64,000 bases of DNA from an uncultured Lentimicrobiaceae bacterium (GCA_964593705.1 CAZQIV010000015.1:11454-75453), one strand, 5' to 3'. Counted from the stretch's first letter, positions 42,142-51,992 are shown. Translations and numbers: made by a program. The notes: generated by a model from the sequence alone, not told the origin.

Positions 42142-42300
42142 AAATATTTCGGTGCGCTGCACCTTTTTACAAATTGCCGTATAAAATTCTACAAAGATTA
42201 CCGGTGCTCTGCACCTGGAAGATAAGCCACAGCGTGGCGATAATCTTTGTAGATGTATCTATTAGAATTGATACGCGAGGTGCAGCGCACCGAAATATTA
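42142..42300. repeat. 159-bp element bounded by 23-bp perfect inverted repeats
   Basis: aaatatttcggtgcgctgcacct ... aggtgcagcgcaccgaaatatt, with an inner inverted pair ctacaaagatta / taatctttgtag. It is preceded by the hairpin tgcaaggtttt...aaaaccttgca at 42103-42140. Confidence 0.85.
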
Positions 42301-42390
42301 AAGCTAACAATATGGTTTTGAGTTTTTCAGAAAGTCAAAATTTTATTGGCAGGGTTTTATTAATTTTGGGATTTTATGGAACGCTTTAAA

Positions 42391-44766
42391 ATGCAAAGAT
42401 TCAATATTTTCATCATCATTATCTTTTGTGTAATATTTCCTGTTTTGATACTTCATGCGCAGGAAGATAAAATTATACCAAGCCGGATAGTAAAGCCTTG
42501 CTATTTTGGGAAAACTTCCCCTCTAAAAAGTTTGCCGCTTATTAAACCACAAGTTTTCCCGGATGATAGTACATCGGGTGAAATAGAAAACACCGATTTA
42601 TTGATTGGGGAGAATTTCCCCGGGATGAATCCTGGCCAAGATCCTGTTCTTCAGGAAAATTATTATGGTAATAACCGGGGTGAGATTGTTCAAAATTTTG
42701 AAGGCCTTAGCAATCTGCAATATAAAATCCCTCCCGATACCGAGGGCGATGTTGGTAAAAATCATTACATACAAATGATCAACATGTCATTTGCCATATT
42801 CGGCAAAACCGGGAATATTGTTTTTGGTCCGGCTTCAAACCTTTCGCTTTGGCAGGAGGCCCCCGAAATCTGGGCATCATACAGCAATGGCGACCCCATC
42901 GTATTGTATGATGAGTTAGCCGATAGATGGTTGATGAGTGAACTTTCATTTCCAAACCATCCACTCGGCCCCTATTATCTTAAACTTGCCATATCTGAAA
43001 CCAATGATCCACTTGGCTCATGGTATTTGTATGGCTACGAATACGAATATTTTTGTGACTACCCGAAGCTTTCGGTTTGGCACGATGGCTATTATCTAAC
43101 CACCAACAACAACTTCTGGATAAATTCACAATGGGACTTTCATGCAGTGGGTGTTTCAGTTTTCGAGCGCGACAGCCTGCTTGCCGGATCGCCAAATGCC
43201 CGCAGGATTTTTTACGATTTTTTTCCAAATCAGCAAGCCTGGAGCATGTTGCCTGCCGATTTCGATGGGATGCCACCACCTCAACAAACCCCGGCATATT
43301 TGGCATACCTTAAGGAGGGTGCAACAGATCGCATTTTTATTTACCAGGTTGAAACCGACTGGCAACACATCAACAATTCTGCGGTAAGCTATCTTAGCAC
43401 TTTACTGCCCGAATCATTCGATGATAATCTGGCTGCCGGAATTTCGCAGCCCGAAAATGCTCCCTACCTTGCCCCGATGACCAACCGTTTGATGTACAGG
43501 TTGCAATACCGCCATTTTGATGATTTTGATTGTTTGGTGGCAAACCACACTGTTAATCGGGGAGATGATGTTGCCGGTATTCGCTGGTATGAATTCATAA
43601 ATTATGGATCGGGATGGGAAATCAATCAGCAGGGTACTTATTCGCCCGATCATGTCCATCGCTGGATGGGCTCAGTGGCTATGGATGGCTATGGAAATAT
43701 TGCAGTGGGATATTCTGTATCAGGGGTTTCTACCTATCCATCAGTTCGTGCTGCTGGCAGAACAGCAGATGCACTTCCCGGGCAGTTCGATGTTACCGAG
43801 CTTTCAATTATCGAGGGATCCGGAGTTCAAACCAATCCAAATCACCGCTGGGGCGATTACAGTGCCATGCAGATTGACCCCAAAGACCAAACCACTTTTT
43901 GGTACACCCAGCAATATTACGAAACCACGGGCGATCGCAGTTGGCAAACACGAATTGCAGCTTTCCATATCAACGATTATCTTGAACTAAATTTATCCAC
44001 CGCATTCGATACAATTTGCTTTGGTGATGAGATTCAATTGTTTGCAACAGCGACTGGGGGTTCGGGGAACTATTTATTTTCATGGAATACTGTTCCCCCC
44101 GGGTTCCAGTCGGACGAGCAAAATCCTTTGGTTTCTCCCACAACAAACACCATCTATTTTTGTGTAGTTAGTGATGGTGTGAATGAAAAGTCTGATTCTC
44201 TCGGTGTTTATGTAAACCCAGCACCAAATATCAGTGCCGGATCTGATACCATTATTTGTTTAAATCAAAGCTATTTTATTGCTGATGCAGTTGCTGAGAA
44301 TTTTGTGAGCCTGGGGTGGGAAACTTCAGGTGATGGAACCTTTGATCATCCTGAAATCCTTTCCCCAATTTATTCGCCGGGCTCTGATGATATTTCTAAC
44401 GGAATAGTTTCGTTAACTCTTATTGCGCAAGCTTTATCAGGATGTGGTGAACAGACTGATACGATGGAGTTGATTATTGATCCATGTACAGGATTGAGTC
44501 CCTTGACAAGTACGAAACCATCGATCATTATTTTCCCTAATCCTGTCGGGGAATTCCTAAATATCCGTTTTGATGAAAAGCCGGAAGCAGATCAGGTTTT
44601 GTATATTTATAGCTTAACAAGAAAACTGGTCGGGGTTTATAAGCTTATCTGTGGAAACAAAAAGACAATTAGTCTTGATGTTTCAGAATACAGGAATGGT
44701 GTTTATTTACTTCAAATCCAAAATAATTCCGGAACAATATCAAAAAGAATTGTTATCCGAAAATAA
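42391..44766 (+). CDS. Secreted protein of unknown function with T9SS C-terminal sorting domain (intact)
   Basis: Signal peptide 'MQRFNIFIIIIFCVIFPVLILHAQ', a ~530-aa uncharacterised domain, Ig/PKD-like segments and the CTD 'IIIFPNPVGEFLNIRF...NGVYLLQIQ'. Confidence 0.7.
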   Translation: MQRFNIFIIIIFCVIFPVLILHAQEDKIIPSRIVKPCYFGKTSPLKSLPLIKPQVFPDDSTSGEIENTDLLIGENFPGMNPGQDPVLQENYYGNNRGEIVQNFEGLSNLQYKIPPDTEGDVGKNHYIQMINMSFAIFGKTGNIVFGPASNLSLWQEAPEIWASYSNGDPIVLYDELADRWLMSELSFPNHPLGPYYLKLAISETNDPLGSWYLYGYEYEYFCDYPKLSVWHDGYYLTTNNNFWINSQWDFHAVGVSVFERDSLLAGSPNARRIFYDFFPNQQAWSMLPADFDGMPPPQQTPAYLAYLKEGATDRIFIYQVETDWQHINNSAVSYLSTLLPESFDDNLAAGISQPENAPYLAPMTNRLMYRLQYRHFDDFDCLVANHTVNRGDDVAGIRWYEFINYGSGWEINQQGTYSPDHVHRWMGSVAMDGYGNIAVGYSVSGVSTYPSVRAAGRTADALPGQFDVTELSIIEGSGVQTNPNHRWGDYSAMQIDPKDQTTFWYTQQYYETTGDRSWQTRIAAFHINDYLELNLSTAFDTICFGDEIQLFATATGGSGNYLFSWNTVPPGFQSDEQNPLVSPTTNTIYFCVVSDGVNEKSDSLGVYVNPAPNISAGSDTIICLNQSYFIADAVAENFVSLGWETSGDGTFDHPEILSPIYSPGSDDISNGIVSLTLIAQALSGCGEQTDTMELIIDPCTGLSPLTSTKPSIIIFPNPVGEFLNIRFDEKPEADQVLYIYSLTRKLVGVYKLICGNKKTISLDVSEYRNGVYLLQIQNNSGTISKRIVIRK

Positions 44767-44895
44767 GGCTATTTCAATTTAAATCAAATCCCGGTATTCT
44801 CACCAAACAAGTTCTTTCTTTTTTCTCATTGAAATTAAAGTTTGAGATATTTGCTTTTTCACCAATTTACAGTTTTAAAAACGTTTTTTATATTC

Positions 44896-45711
44896 ATGAA
44901 AAATTTCAAAAACACAAGTTTGTTGCTGTTTCTGATTGTTATACTGCTTTCCGCCTGCGAGAGAGTATTTGAGTACACCCCCTATTCAGCAAATGTAAAG
45001 GATAAAAGAAAATTCTCAAGAGAAAAACGCCTTGATGCACTTGAAAATATTGAAAAGAATACTTTGGGCCAGGGTCGTTTTAAAATTGCCCTGATATCCG
45101 ATAGCCACACCTATTACAATCGTTTGACTGATGCGGTAAATCTTATCAGGCAAGATGATGAGGTGCTATTCGCGATTCATGGTGGCGACATGACTGATGG
45201 TGGGATGATAGCCGAGTACACAATTTTTTACGATATTATGGAGAAACTCCAAAAACCCTATTTTACCGTAATCGGAAACCACGATGTGCTGGCCAACGGG
45301 AGGGTTATTTACAACGATCAGTATGGGCCTGAAAACTATTCATTCGTTTTTAAAAACTGTAAGTTTATTTTTTTCAACGATATTATCTGGGAACTTAATT
45401 ATGAAGAACCCGATTTCGCCTGGCTGATTAATGAAGTGAGTAACGCTGCCGGTATCGACAGGGTTTTTGTTATTGCCCATATTCCGCCATGGTCCGATCA
45501 GTTTTCACCCCTCAACACATGGGCATACAAAACTATTATGGATAGCGCAAATGTTTCCATGTCAATTCACGGGCATCAGCACGAGCATTATTTCGGTAAA
45601 TATTTTGATGATAGCATTTCCTATCTTGTTATTGGAACCCCAGGTAAAGATGTTTTTTGCAAATTAACTGTCGAGCCTGATACATTAATTCTTGAAACCA
45701 TAAAATATTAA
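44896..45711 (+). CDS. Calcineurin-like metallophosphoesterase lipoprotein
   Basis: Lipobox 'LLSAC' plus 'ISDSHTYYN', 'HGGDMTDGG', 'GNHD' and 'HGHQH'. Confidence 0.8.
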   Translation: MKNFKNTSLLLFLIVILLSACERVFEYTPYSANVKDKRKFSREKRLDALENIEKNTLGQGRFKIALISDSHTYYNRLTDAVNLIRQDDEVLFAIHGGDMTDGGMIAEYTIFYDIMEKLQKPYFTVIGNHDVLANGRVIYNDQYGPENYSFVFKNCKFIFFNDIIWELNYEEPDFAWLINEVSNAAGIDRVFVIAHIPPWSDQFSPLNTWAYKTIMDSANVSMSIHGHQHEHYFGKYFDDSISYLVIGTPGKDVFCKLTVEPDTLILETIKY

Positions 45712-45715
45712 ACTG

Positions 45716-46336
45716 ATGGATCGTAAACTTTTAGTTTATCTTATTCTCCCTGCTATATTATTCTTTTGTGCCCTACAAGCATCAGGACAGGACACGATAA
45801 TCCGCTACAAAAAAACATTGACCCCCAATTATGTCAACTTTCAGTATGCCGGAAATTATGGCGCTTACATCGTTGGTGCAGGGTATTATTTAAATCCGAA
45901 ACATAGCATCCAACTCGTGGCAGGATTTGGTTACGCTTCAAAACATAAGGCAGCCCAGCGTATTTACAACTTGTTTCTTAAGGGTATCATTGTTCCCCAT
46001 ACCTGGGATTTGAAAAAAAACTGGTTCTTGTTACCACAAACCGGAATAACCATAAGCCGCCAATTTGCGGGTGCGGGAAACACATTTTCGAGGTTGCCCA
46101 AAACTTACCCTGAAGGGTACTATGCCCCCAATGCTTTTCGGTTTCATTTCAATATAGGATTAAAGGCAAAAAAGTTTTTTAGCCAGGAAACTTTTGTTAA
46201 GGCTATCGAGCTATACGCCGAAACTACCACAAACGATCTTTATGCGAAGTATTTTTTTAAATCACACGAAGTAGGCCTTCGGGATATTTTTAGCATGGCC
46301 ATCGGGGTTAACATTATAATTTTTAATAAAAATTAG
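45716..46336 (+). CDS. Hypothetical secreted / outer-membrane protein
   Basis: Signal peptide 'LFFCALQASGQD' and an aromatic/glycine-rich body. No family recognised. Confidence 0.45.
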   Translation: MDRKLLVYLILPAILFFCALQASGQDTIIRYKKTLTPNYVNFQYAGNYGAYIVGAGYYLNPKHSIQLVAGFGYASKHKAAQRIYNLFLKGIIVPHTWDLKKNWFLLPQTGITISRQFAGAGNTFSRLPKTYPEGYYAPNAFRFHFNIGLKAKKFFSQETFVKAIELYAETTTNDLYAKYFFKSHEVGLRDIFSMAIGVNIIIFNKN

Positions 46337-46815
46337 AGTCGAAGGATTATAAATCGCTTGGTTTTGAGACATCATCTTAACTTCCACCATTCAGGATTAT
46401 CTTGCCGTTTGGCAGATGAAAAACGGTGTGTAATTGCAATTTCTTTTGCAAAGCGGAGCTGGTTGGCATGATTTAACAAATGTTCATCTTTCATATTATT
46501 TAGAATTAAAACATTTTGACTTTATTTACAACAACATGGTACTCATTAATAGCGTGTTACGCAGTAAATGGTTTTTGATGTGTTAATAATTAAAACATTT
46601 TCCGCATTTTTGCATTAATATTACACAACAACAAACAACAATTAGCATGTCAAAGAGGGTAGTAATGACATTTTTCCTTGATGGTTTCTTTTACGTCTTC
46701 GGACTCTCTGATAACCCTATTAAAAAGATCCATTCGGAACTTAAGTTCTACGATGATCAAAATGGTATCGCTGATTCTTGGCGTAAAGTTGGAATGGATA
46801 TAAAATCAACTTTTT

Positions 46816-47211
46816 ATGAATCAACCTCAACATTTCAAAAGTAATAAGGGTAAAAAGAGTGAGCCATCACAACCTGCTCTCATTGCATCTCAATCATTTT
46901 ATCAAGGACAGATTCCTCCTCCGGAAATGATGGAACACTATAAAATGGTTGACGAAGATTTCCCTAAACGAATTATAAAAATGGCTGAGGATGAGGCCAG
47001 ACATCGCCATGAAAGTGAAGCCTCTACAAGAAAAATGCTCGTCAGGACATCATATCTGGGTATGATTTTCGCCTTTCTTTCTGTATTAATTGTCAGCACA
47101 ATTGTTTTTTATACTTTATATAAAGGTTACGCTTGGGAAGCTTCAACAATAGCTACTGGTGTTATTGTCGGAATAGCTGGTGTTTTTCTTTACCGTCGAA
47201 AGAATAAGTAA
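46816..47211 (+). CDS. DUF2335-like membrane protein
   Basis: 'PPPEMMEHYKMVDEDFPKRIIKMAEDEARHRHESE' followed by two transmembrane helices. Confidence 0.6.
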   Translation: MNQPQHFKSNKGKKSEPSQPALIASQSFYQGQIPPPEMMEHYKMVDEDFPKRIIKMAEDEARHRHESEASTRKMLVRTSYLGMIFAFLSVLIVSTIVFYTLYKGYAWEASTIATGVIVGIAGVFLYRRKNK

Positions 47212-47354
47212 TTAAATCCCTTTTCATCTTCCATTTGTCAATCTAATTAACCAAATGTTCATACGTGTATTTTGCGTAAACAAATGGTTGGGTATGTTAA
47301 GGGTGAATTCACAAAAAAAAGCTTGTTGAATCAATCAACAAGCTTTTGATTTTG

Positions 47355-47425
47355 AGGTACCAAGCGGAGTCGAACCGCTGTACACGGTTTTGCAGACCGC
47401 TGCCTAACCACTCGGCCATGGTACC
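47355..47425 (-). tRNA. tRNA-Cys (GCA)
   Basis: The minus-strand sequence GGTACCATGGCCGAGTGGTTAAGGCAGCGGTCTGCAAAACCGTGTACAGCGGTTCGACTCCGCTTGGTACCT folds as a cloverleaf: 7-bp acceptor stem, anticodon loop CTGCAAA, T-loop TTCGACT, discriminator U. CCA is not encoded. Confidence 0.92.
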
Positions 47426-47647
47426 GTTTAGGCCAGTGCAAAAGTAATATTTTTTTAAAACTACAAAGATTATTTCAAACCAATTATTTCTTGAATTGTT
47501 TCCGAAAAAGTTTGCAATTCCTTTGTTAAATGCTGTTTGAGTGGAATAAGTGAGGAAAAAAACATGATATCCGGATCATCTTCTTTTAGTAATTATTTAG
47601 GTAGTATGCTTACAACAATTGTTTCAGTCTTTTCACCGTCAATGCCC

Positions 47648-47791
47648 CATCCCCGACCCTTCCCCGACGCGGGGAAGGGAACTATCTTACGTGACATAAT
47701 GGGAAAACCCAAATGGAGTGCTTCGTTTGACAAACCACCAAACTGCCCGGCAGAAGCGCTCCCCTCTCCAATTGGAGAGGGGTCGGGGGTG
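47648..47791. repeat. Nested palindromic composite
   Basis: An outer inverted pair (catccccgaccc / gggtcgggggtg) encloses hairpins at 47657-47679 (cccttccccg-acg-cggggaaggg) and 47761-47782 (cccctctcc-aatt-ggagagggg). Confidence 0.75.
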
Positions 47792-47860
47792 AGGCAAAAA
47801 AAGAAGTTCTCCATGTTCTTAAGAATCAAGTATTCAATAGCAGCTAAATAATTACTTCTT

Positions 47861-49045
47861 TTAAATGAACTCTATCACCACTTCTTTTAAAAATTTATCT
47901 TCGAGGATGGCTGCAATTCTTTTAATTACAGTTCTGCGTATTTCGAGTTCGATGGGCAGGGTTGGATCCTGATGGGCAATGTTGATGCGTGTTCCAATGA
48001 TGAAATCTATTTCATCACTTTCAATGATCATTTTTACAATACGGTCGGCGGGGCCTTTGCCCAACATTGTTTGATTGTTATAATCTTTAAGGATAATCGA
48101 AACCTTGGTCAGGGTAAGGATGCCTTCGGTGATCAGGTCAACACCATCCATAAATGAAACCGGCGGGAGGTCAGGGTCTTCAAAATCAAAGGTGTCTTCG
48201 ATTTCTTTGCCCCATTCGCGTGCTATTATGTCGCCGGTTGTGGCTCCTGATAGTACTTTTAGGCCGGCAAAGTTTTTTACTTTTTCAGCATAAATTTTAT
48301 CGTGATCTTTTTCATAAGGAGGCCCTGAACATATAAGCATTTTTCGGGGTTCCCTAAAGTAGATTTGGGCACAACTTGTATCATCTTTCGATTCGAAATT
48401 ATCGTTTTGAACCGCTTTTTTTACCACCCTGGCGCTCAGTTCTGCTGCTGATAAGTCAGGGTGCTTCACAACTTCCCCTATTAAAAATTCTATCAAATCT
48501 TCTCGCCCCCAGCCAAATGGGTATTTATCAGTACCTAAGCCCGATTGGGTAATGCCATCGGAGCAAAAAATAATGCGGTCTTCCTTTTCGGGTGTAAAGG
48601 AACAGGTGCGTAATTCCTTACCCTGATTTTGTTCAGAATTCAGGAATACCTGTTGCCATCCCGGATCCATAATTGTGTTATCCCTAACGATAATAGTCTG
48701 TGGATTATCATATTCGAGAATACTAACATTTCCAGCAATTTCAATATCGAGAATAGTAAAGGTAGCGTAACTGATTTTACGTTCGCTGCATACCGGAAGG
48801 GTGTTCATAATAATCTCTGCAATCTTCTCCAAATTCTGGTGTTCTACCGTAAAATTCAGCGCCATTGTCGAAGTGAGTGTTGCCAGCATATTGGCTTTCA
48901 CGCCGTGCCCCATGCCGTCAGAAAGCACAGCGATAATCCGGTTTTCTTCCTTCACCTTTTTGTGCAGGAATACATCCCCACATATCCGCTCCCCGGCATG
49001 GTTCCGTTGCTGACAATTAACTTCTATATGGAATTCCTTTGACAA
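47861..49045 (-). CDS. PP2C/SpoIIE-family protein phosphatase with uncharacterised C-terminal domain
   Basis: 'ERICGDVFL...AVLSDGMGHGVKANMLATLT' and 'IIFCSDGITQSG'. About 190 aa at the C-terminus match no family I recognise. Confidence 0.8.
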   Translation of the reverse strand: MSKEFHIEVNCQQRNHAGERICGDVFLHKKVKEENRIIAVLSDGMGHGVKANMLATLTSTMALNFTVEHQNLEKIAEIIMNTLPVCSERKISYATFTILDIEIAGNVSILEYDNPQTIIVRDNTIMDPGWQQVFLNSEQNQGKELRTCSFTPEKEDRIIFCSDGITQSGLGTDKYPFGWGREDLIEFLIGEVVKHPDLSAAELSARVVKKAVQNDNFESKDDTSCAQIYFREPRKMLICSGPPYEKDHDKIYAEKVKNFAGLKVLSGATTGDIIAREWGKEIEDTFDFEDPDLPPVSFMDGVDLITEGILTLTKVSIILKDYNNQTMLGKGPADRIVKMIIESDEIDFIIGTRINIAHQDPTLPIELEIRRTVIKRIAAILEDKFLKEVVIEFI

Positions 49046-49334
49046 AATATGACTGAGTTTTGTAACTATTTAGCTATTTTTCCTCTCCCCCTGCCCCTCT
49101 CCATAAGGAGAGGGGAGCCCTCTCTCATGGGATTTGTACATGTATGCTTTAGCCGAAGCGCTTTGCTTTTTCATTTCCTCCAAGTCCCATGAGTTCAGGC
49201 ACCCTTTCCCAGTTGGGGAAAAGGTGTCGGTGCCGAGACGAAGTCTCGTGCATGCACGAGCAAAGCTCGGCAGGATGGGGTCATGATGATTAGGTATTCA
49301 ATCCACCACCTAAATAATTACTGATTTTTAATAT

Positions 49335-49417
49335 TAAAAAAACCCTCCCGCAGATTTCGCTGACCTGCCTAGCCGGCAAGGCTGGTTTGCGCAGATTTAA
49401 TCAGCGAAATCTGCGGG
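49335..49417 (-). terminator. Possible minus-strand terminator / long-loop hairpin between hydS and the phosphatase gene
   Basis: A 17-bp stem (cccgcagatttcgctga / tcagcgaaatctgcggg) is followed on the minus strand by a T7 run. The 37-nt loop is atypically long. Confidence 0.35.
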
Positions 49418-49574
49418 AAAAAATACTAAAAAGACCGATACTAATGAATCCCCGATCATCATCCAAAAAAACAATAACCCTTGATCCCGATAGCTATCAG
49501 AATTATCGGGGTAACAATTAGCAATATCTTATTACCAATAACCATTAACTAATAACTATTAACCAATAACCCTT

Positions 49575-51425
49575 TTACCCCTTCTTTTTCCTGTGCAATT
49601 GAATAATCGAATTTAGCATGGCCTCCGTTTTTGATGCCCCTTCACCCAGCAAAAAACCAATTTGTTGTACCATCCCCAAATTCTGGTCGATAACTTCGGT
49701 TACCCTTTGAATAATTTGTTCGTTACGCACTTCAGGCGAAAACATATCCCTTACTATACCTCCAACCACTTTTTTATCTTTTATCGAAAATACACTTAGA
49801 TTTAAAAATGCTTCATCAATCTTAACATCCCTGCTCAGGATATTTTCGCCGGTAACAAGCACATTTTGAAACACTTTATAAAACTGCACAGGCACCAGGG
49901 TTTTAAGGTCGGCACCCCGAAGGCCGGGTATTATTTCATCTATGTCGCGGGCTTCGTCACCAAGGATTTCAATAAAACTGCGGTTTGAAGAAGTGATTTT
50001 TAACTTGTGATCGACAATAACCACGCCCGAAGGAATCTGATTCATGATGGCACGCGAAGTCTCCAGCTTGTCGTTTGTAAGTTCAAATTCTAACAGACGT
50101 TCTTTAAGTTCCTTTTTAAGATGCTCGATTTCTTTCTCTGATTTCGATTTCGAGTTGCGGAGTGTTTCGATGTATTTATTTTTATTTTTATTATTAAAAT
50201 CCAAACACATATCAGTACGTGTAATTCCATTTGCCACAGCTTTTGCAAACGACTGGCAGGAATCAAAGCCGCAACTGGTACACATCCCGGTTGATTCCCC
50301 GGATTTATCAAGCAAGGTCAAAATTTCATCCACCCTCGAGGCGGCAGGTTCTTCTGCACGCTGATCATCAGATTTAAACCGGCAATTCAGATTTAAGTCC
50401 TTGAATTTCTCCATTTCAAGCTGCCATTTCTTTTCATCCAGATTTTTTATTCTACGTTGGGTATAGTCTAAAACCTGGGCTGTCCTTAAATGTTTGTCAC
50501 CCTTTGGCGACATGCCCGGACCCATCATACATCCTTCGTTGTAAAACACATTAAAATGCTTCTGTACCCGTTCAGTGTTTTTTTCAAACGATTCGATGGC
50601 ATTCAATGAGGATATTTTTCCTTCGGCGCTTATTACCCTTCCATTAAGAAAACTTTGATCGATTGAAGCTGCTTCCAAAATGCCGCTGCTTAGTGGGTAT
50701 AATGAACCAAGATTGCCATGGGGCGGATCAAAATCAGAATATTCGAGTTGGCTTTCGTGTATGTCTTTGTCATCGAAAAGCTGCCTTAACTCGGCAAAAG
50801 TGAGCGCTGCATCAACCTCGGAATTTTCGTCAAATTCGCCCGACCAGAGTTTGGCCGCGATGCATGGCCCAACAAACACAGTTTTGGTTTGCTCGCCATA
50901 TACTGATTTTGCAACCCTTGCAGTTGCATCCATTGGCGAAATAACAGGGGTTAGATTTTTGGTGAGGTCGGGATGAAACTTACGAACCAACTCTACCACA
51001 GCCGGACAATTGGCGGTAATGTAATATTTTCCCCTGCTTTGTTCAAAAAGGGCTTTGTACTTTTGTGAAACAAGGTCAACACCAAAGGAAACATCCAGTA
51101 CAAATTCAAACCCGATCTGTCTTATCATCTCAACAAATTTGCGATAGTCAGTAATATCAGGAAATTCAGCTGAAACACTAGGGTCAACTAAAGCCGCAAC
51201 TTTATGCTCTGATTTTAGCAGGCTGTTAACTCTTGATTTTGAATCATAATATCTAATCCCATCACTTGAGCAGGCAGTAATACATGAACCACACCCAATG
51301 CATCGTTCAGGATCAATTTCGGGATGATCCTTGCCTACTTTTACAATAATGGCATGTACAGGGCAAACTCTTGCACAATGTAAACAATCAGTACATTTTT
51401 CAGGTATGATTTCGATCAGTGCCAT
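49575..51425 (-). CDS. hydS: Sensory-type [FeFe]-hydrogenase paralog with C-terminal PAS domain (HydS/HfsB-like)
   Basis: Two ferredoxin-type CX2CX2CX3CP motifs and an H-domain with 'ITANCPAV' and 'FVGPCIAAK'. Also carries the CX2CX4CX16C motif 'CTSCGFDSC...(16)...C', a coiled coil and a PAS domain ('IPSGVVIVDHKLKITSSNRSFIEILG'). Confidence 0.85.
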   Translation of the reverse strand: MALIEIIPEKCTDCLHCARVCPVHAIIVKVGKDHPEIDPERCIGCGSCITACSSDGIRYYDSKSRVNSLLKSEHKVAALVDPSVSAEFPDITDYRKFVEMIRQIGFEFVLDVSFGVDLVSQKYKALFEQSRGKYYITANCPAVVELVRKFHPDLTKNLTPVISPMDATARVAKSVYGEQTKTVFVGPCIAAKLWSGEFDENSEVDAALTFAELRQLFDDKDIHESQLEYSDFDPPHGNLGSLYPLSSGILEAASIDQSFLNGRVISAEGKISSLNAIESFEKNTERVQKHFNVFYNEGCMMGPGMSPKGDKHLRTAQVLDYTQRRIKNLDEKKWQLEMEKFKDLNLNCRFKSDDQRAEEPAASRVDEILTLLDKSGESTGMCTSCGFDSCQSFAKAVANGITRTDMCLDFNNKNKNKYIETLRNSKSKSEKEIEHLKKELKERLLEFELTNDKLETSRAIMNQIPSGVVIVDHKLKITSSNRSFIEILGDEARDIDEIIPGLRGADLKTLVPVQFYKVFQNVLVTGENILSRDVKIDEAFLNLSVFSIKDKKVVGGIVRDMFSPEVRNEQIIQRVTEVIDQNLGMVQQIGFLLGEGASKTEAMLNSIIQLHRKKKG

Positions 51426-51427
51426 AA

Positions 51428-51676
51428 TTATTTCAATAACTCTTCTTCGAGGATTTTCAGAATTTCATCTTCACCTACACGCTCATAGCGATGGTCGTTG
51501 ATTTTGAAACCGGGCCCATTTTCACAATTCCCAAAACAGTGTTTTCCTTTAAAGTTAACCTTATGTGTAAGTTGATTGTCTTCCAAAAACTTTTTCACAA
51601 TATACACCATTTGCTTATTGCCTCTTGCAAAACAAGAACTCCCAAGGCAAATTATCAGATCTTTCTTTTTTAACAT
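51428..51676 (-). CDS. Thioredoxin-like [2Fe-2S] ferredoxin (NuoE-fold, HfsA-like)
   Basis: 82 aa with a CX4C...CX3C pattern ('CLGSSC'...'CFGNC'). Its stop lies 3 nt from the hydS start. Confidence 0.72.
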   Translation of the reverse strand: MLKKKDLIICLGSSCFARGNKQMVYIVKKFLEDNQLTHKVNFKGKHCFGNCENGPGFKINDHRYERVGEDEILKILEEELLK

Positions 51677-51708
51677 ATCCTAACGAAGACTCAAATTTCT
51701 TTAACCTG

Positions 51709-51862
51709 ATTAATTCACAAACTCATTGAATTTGTGAATTAATCACCGAAGGCCGAAAATATTTATTTAAAATATTTTCGAGGGTTAATCCTCGAATTTC
51801 CTTTGGAAATTCGGCTCTGCAGGCTAAAAAGCCTGCAGAGTGAAAAATTCATGAATTTTTCA
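51709..51862. promoter_or_regulatory. Five consecutive palindromes in the divergent hydS / hydCBA control region
   Basis: P1 51709-51743 (attaattcacaaa-N9-tttgtgaattaat). P2 51754-51780. P3 51793-51813. P4 51815-51840 (ctctgcaggc-taaaaa-gcctgcagag). P5 51841-51862 (tgaaaaattca|tgaatttttca). A Bacteroidota -7-like box TAATTTTG lies at 51950-51957, 35 nt before the hydC ATG. Confidence 0.5.
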
Positions 51863-51992
51863 GATTAAAAAGCAAAGATCATAAAAAATATTTTAATAAT
51901 AGTTTAATGTTAAAAATTTAACAATGTGAAACAATTAACAAAAAAGTAGTAATTTTGTCATTGTTAAGCATAACTATTTAATTACTAATTGA

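Noticed and set aside
46647-46844. A 65-aa ORF overlapping the start of the DUF2335 gene.
   Set aside because: It has no recognisable motif and overlaps the next ORF by 29 nt. It could be real, but I cannot support it from sequence alone.
46340-47430. An integrated mobile element or prophage remnant at tRNA-Cys (DUF2335 gene, small ORFs, AT-rich stretch).
   Set aside because: There is no integrase, no direct repeat of the tRNA 3' end, and no phage or conjugation genes. The evidence is too thin.
47537-47851. ORFs 47537..47851 (+) and 47593..47829 (-) next to tRNA-Cys.
   Set aside because: They overlap each other and consist largely of translated hairpin modules (cccttccccg..., cccctctcc...). 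They show no domain signal.
51709-51743. Possible Rex operator (TTCACAA / TTGTGAA half-sites) in the hydrogenase control region.
   Set aside because: The canonical Rex site is TTGTGAA-N4-6-TTCACAA. Here the half-sites are everted and 11 nt apart, so this is not a canonical operator. It is kept only as a note within the palindrome finding.
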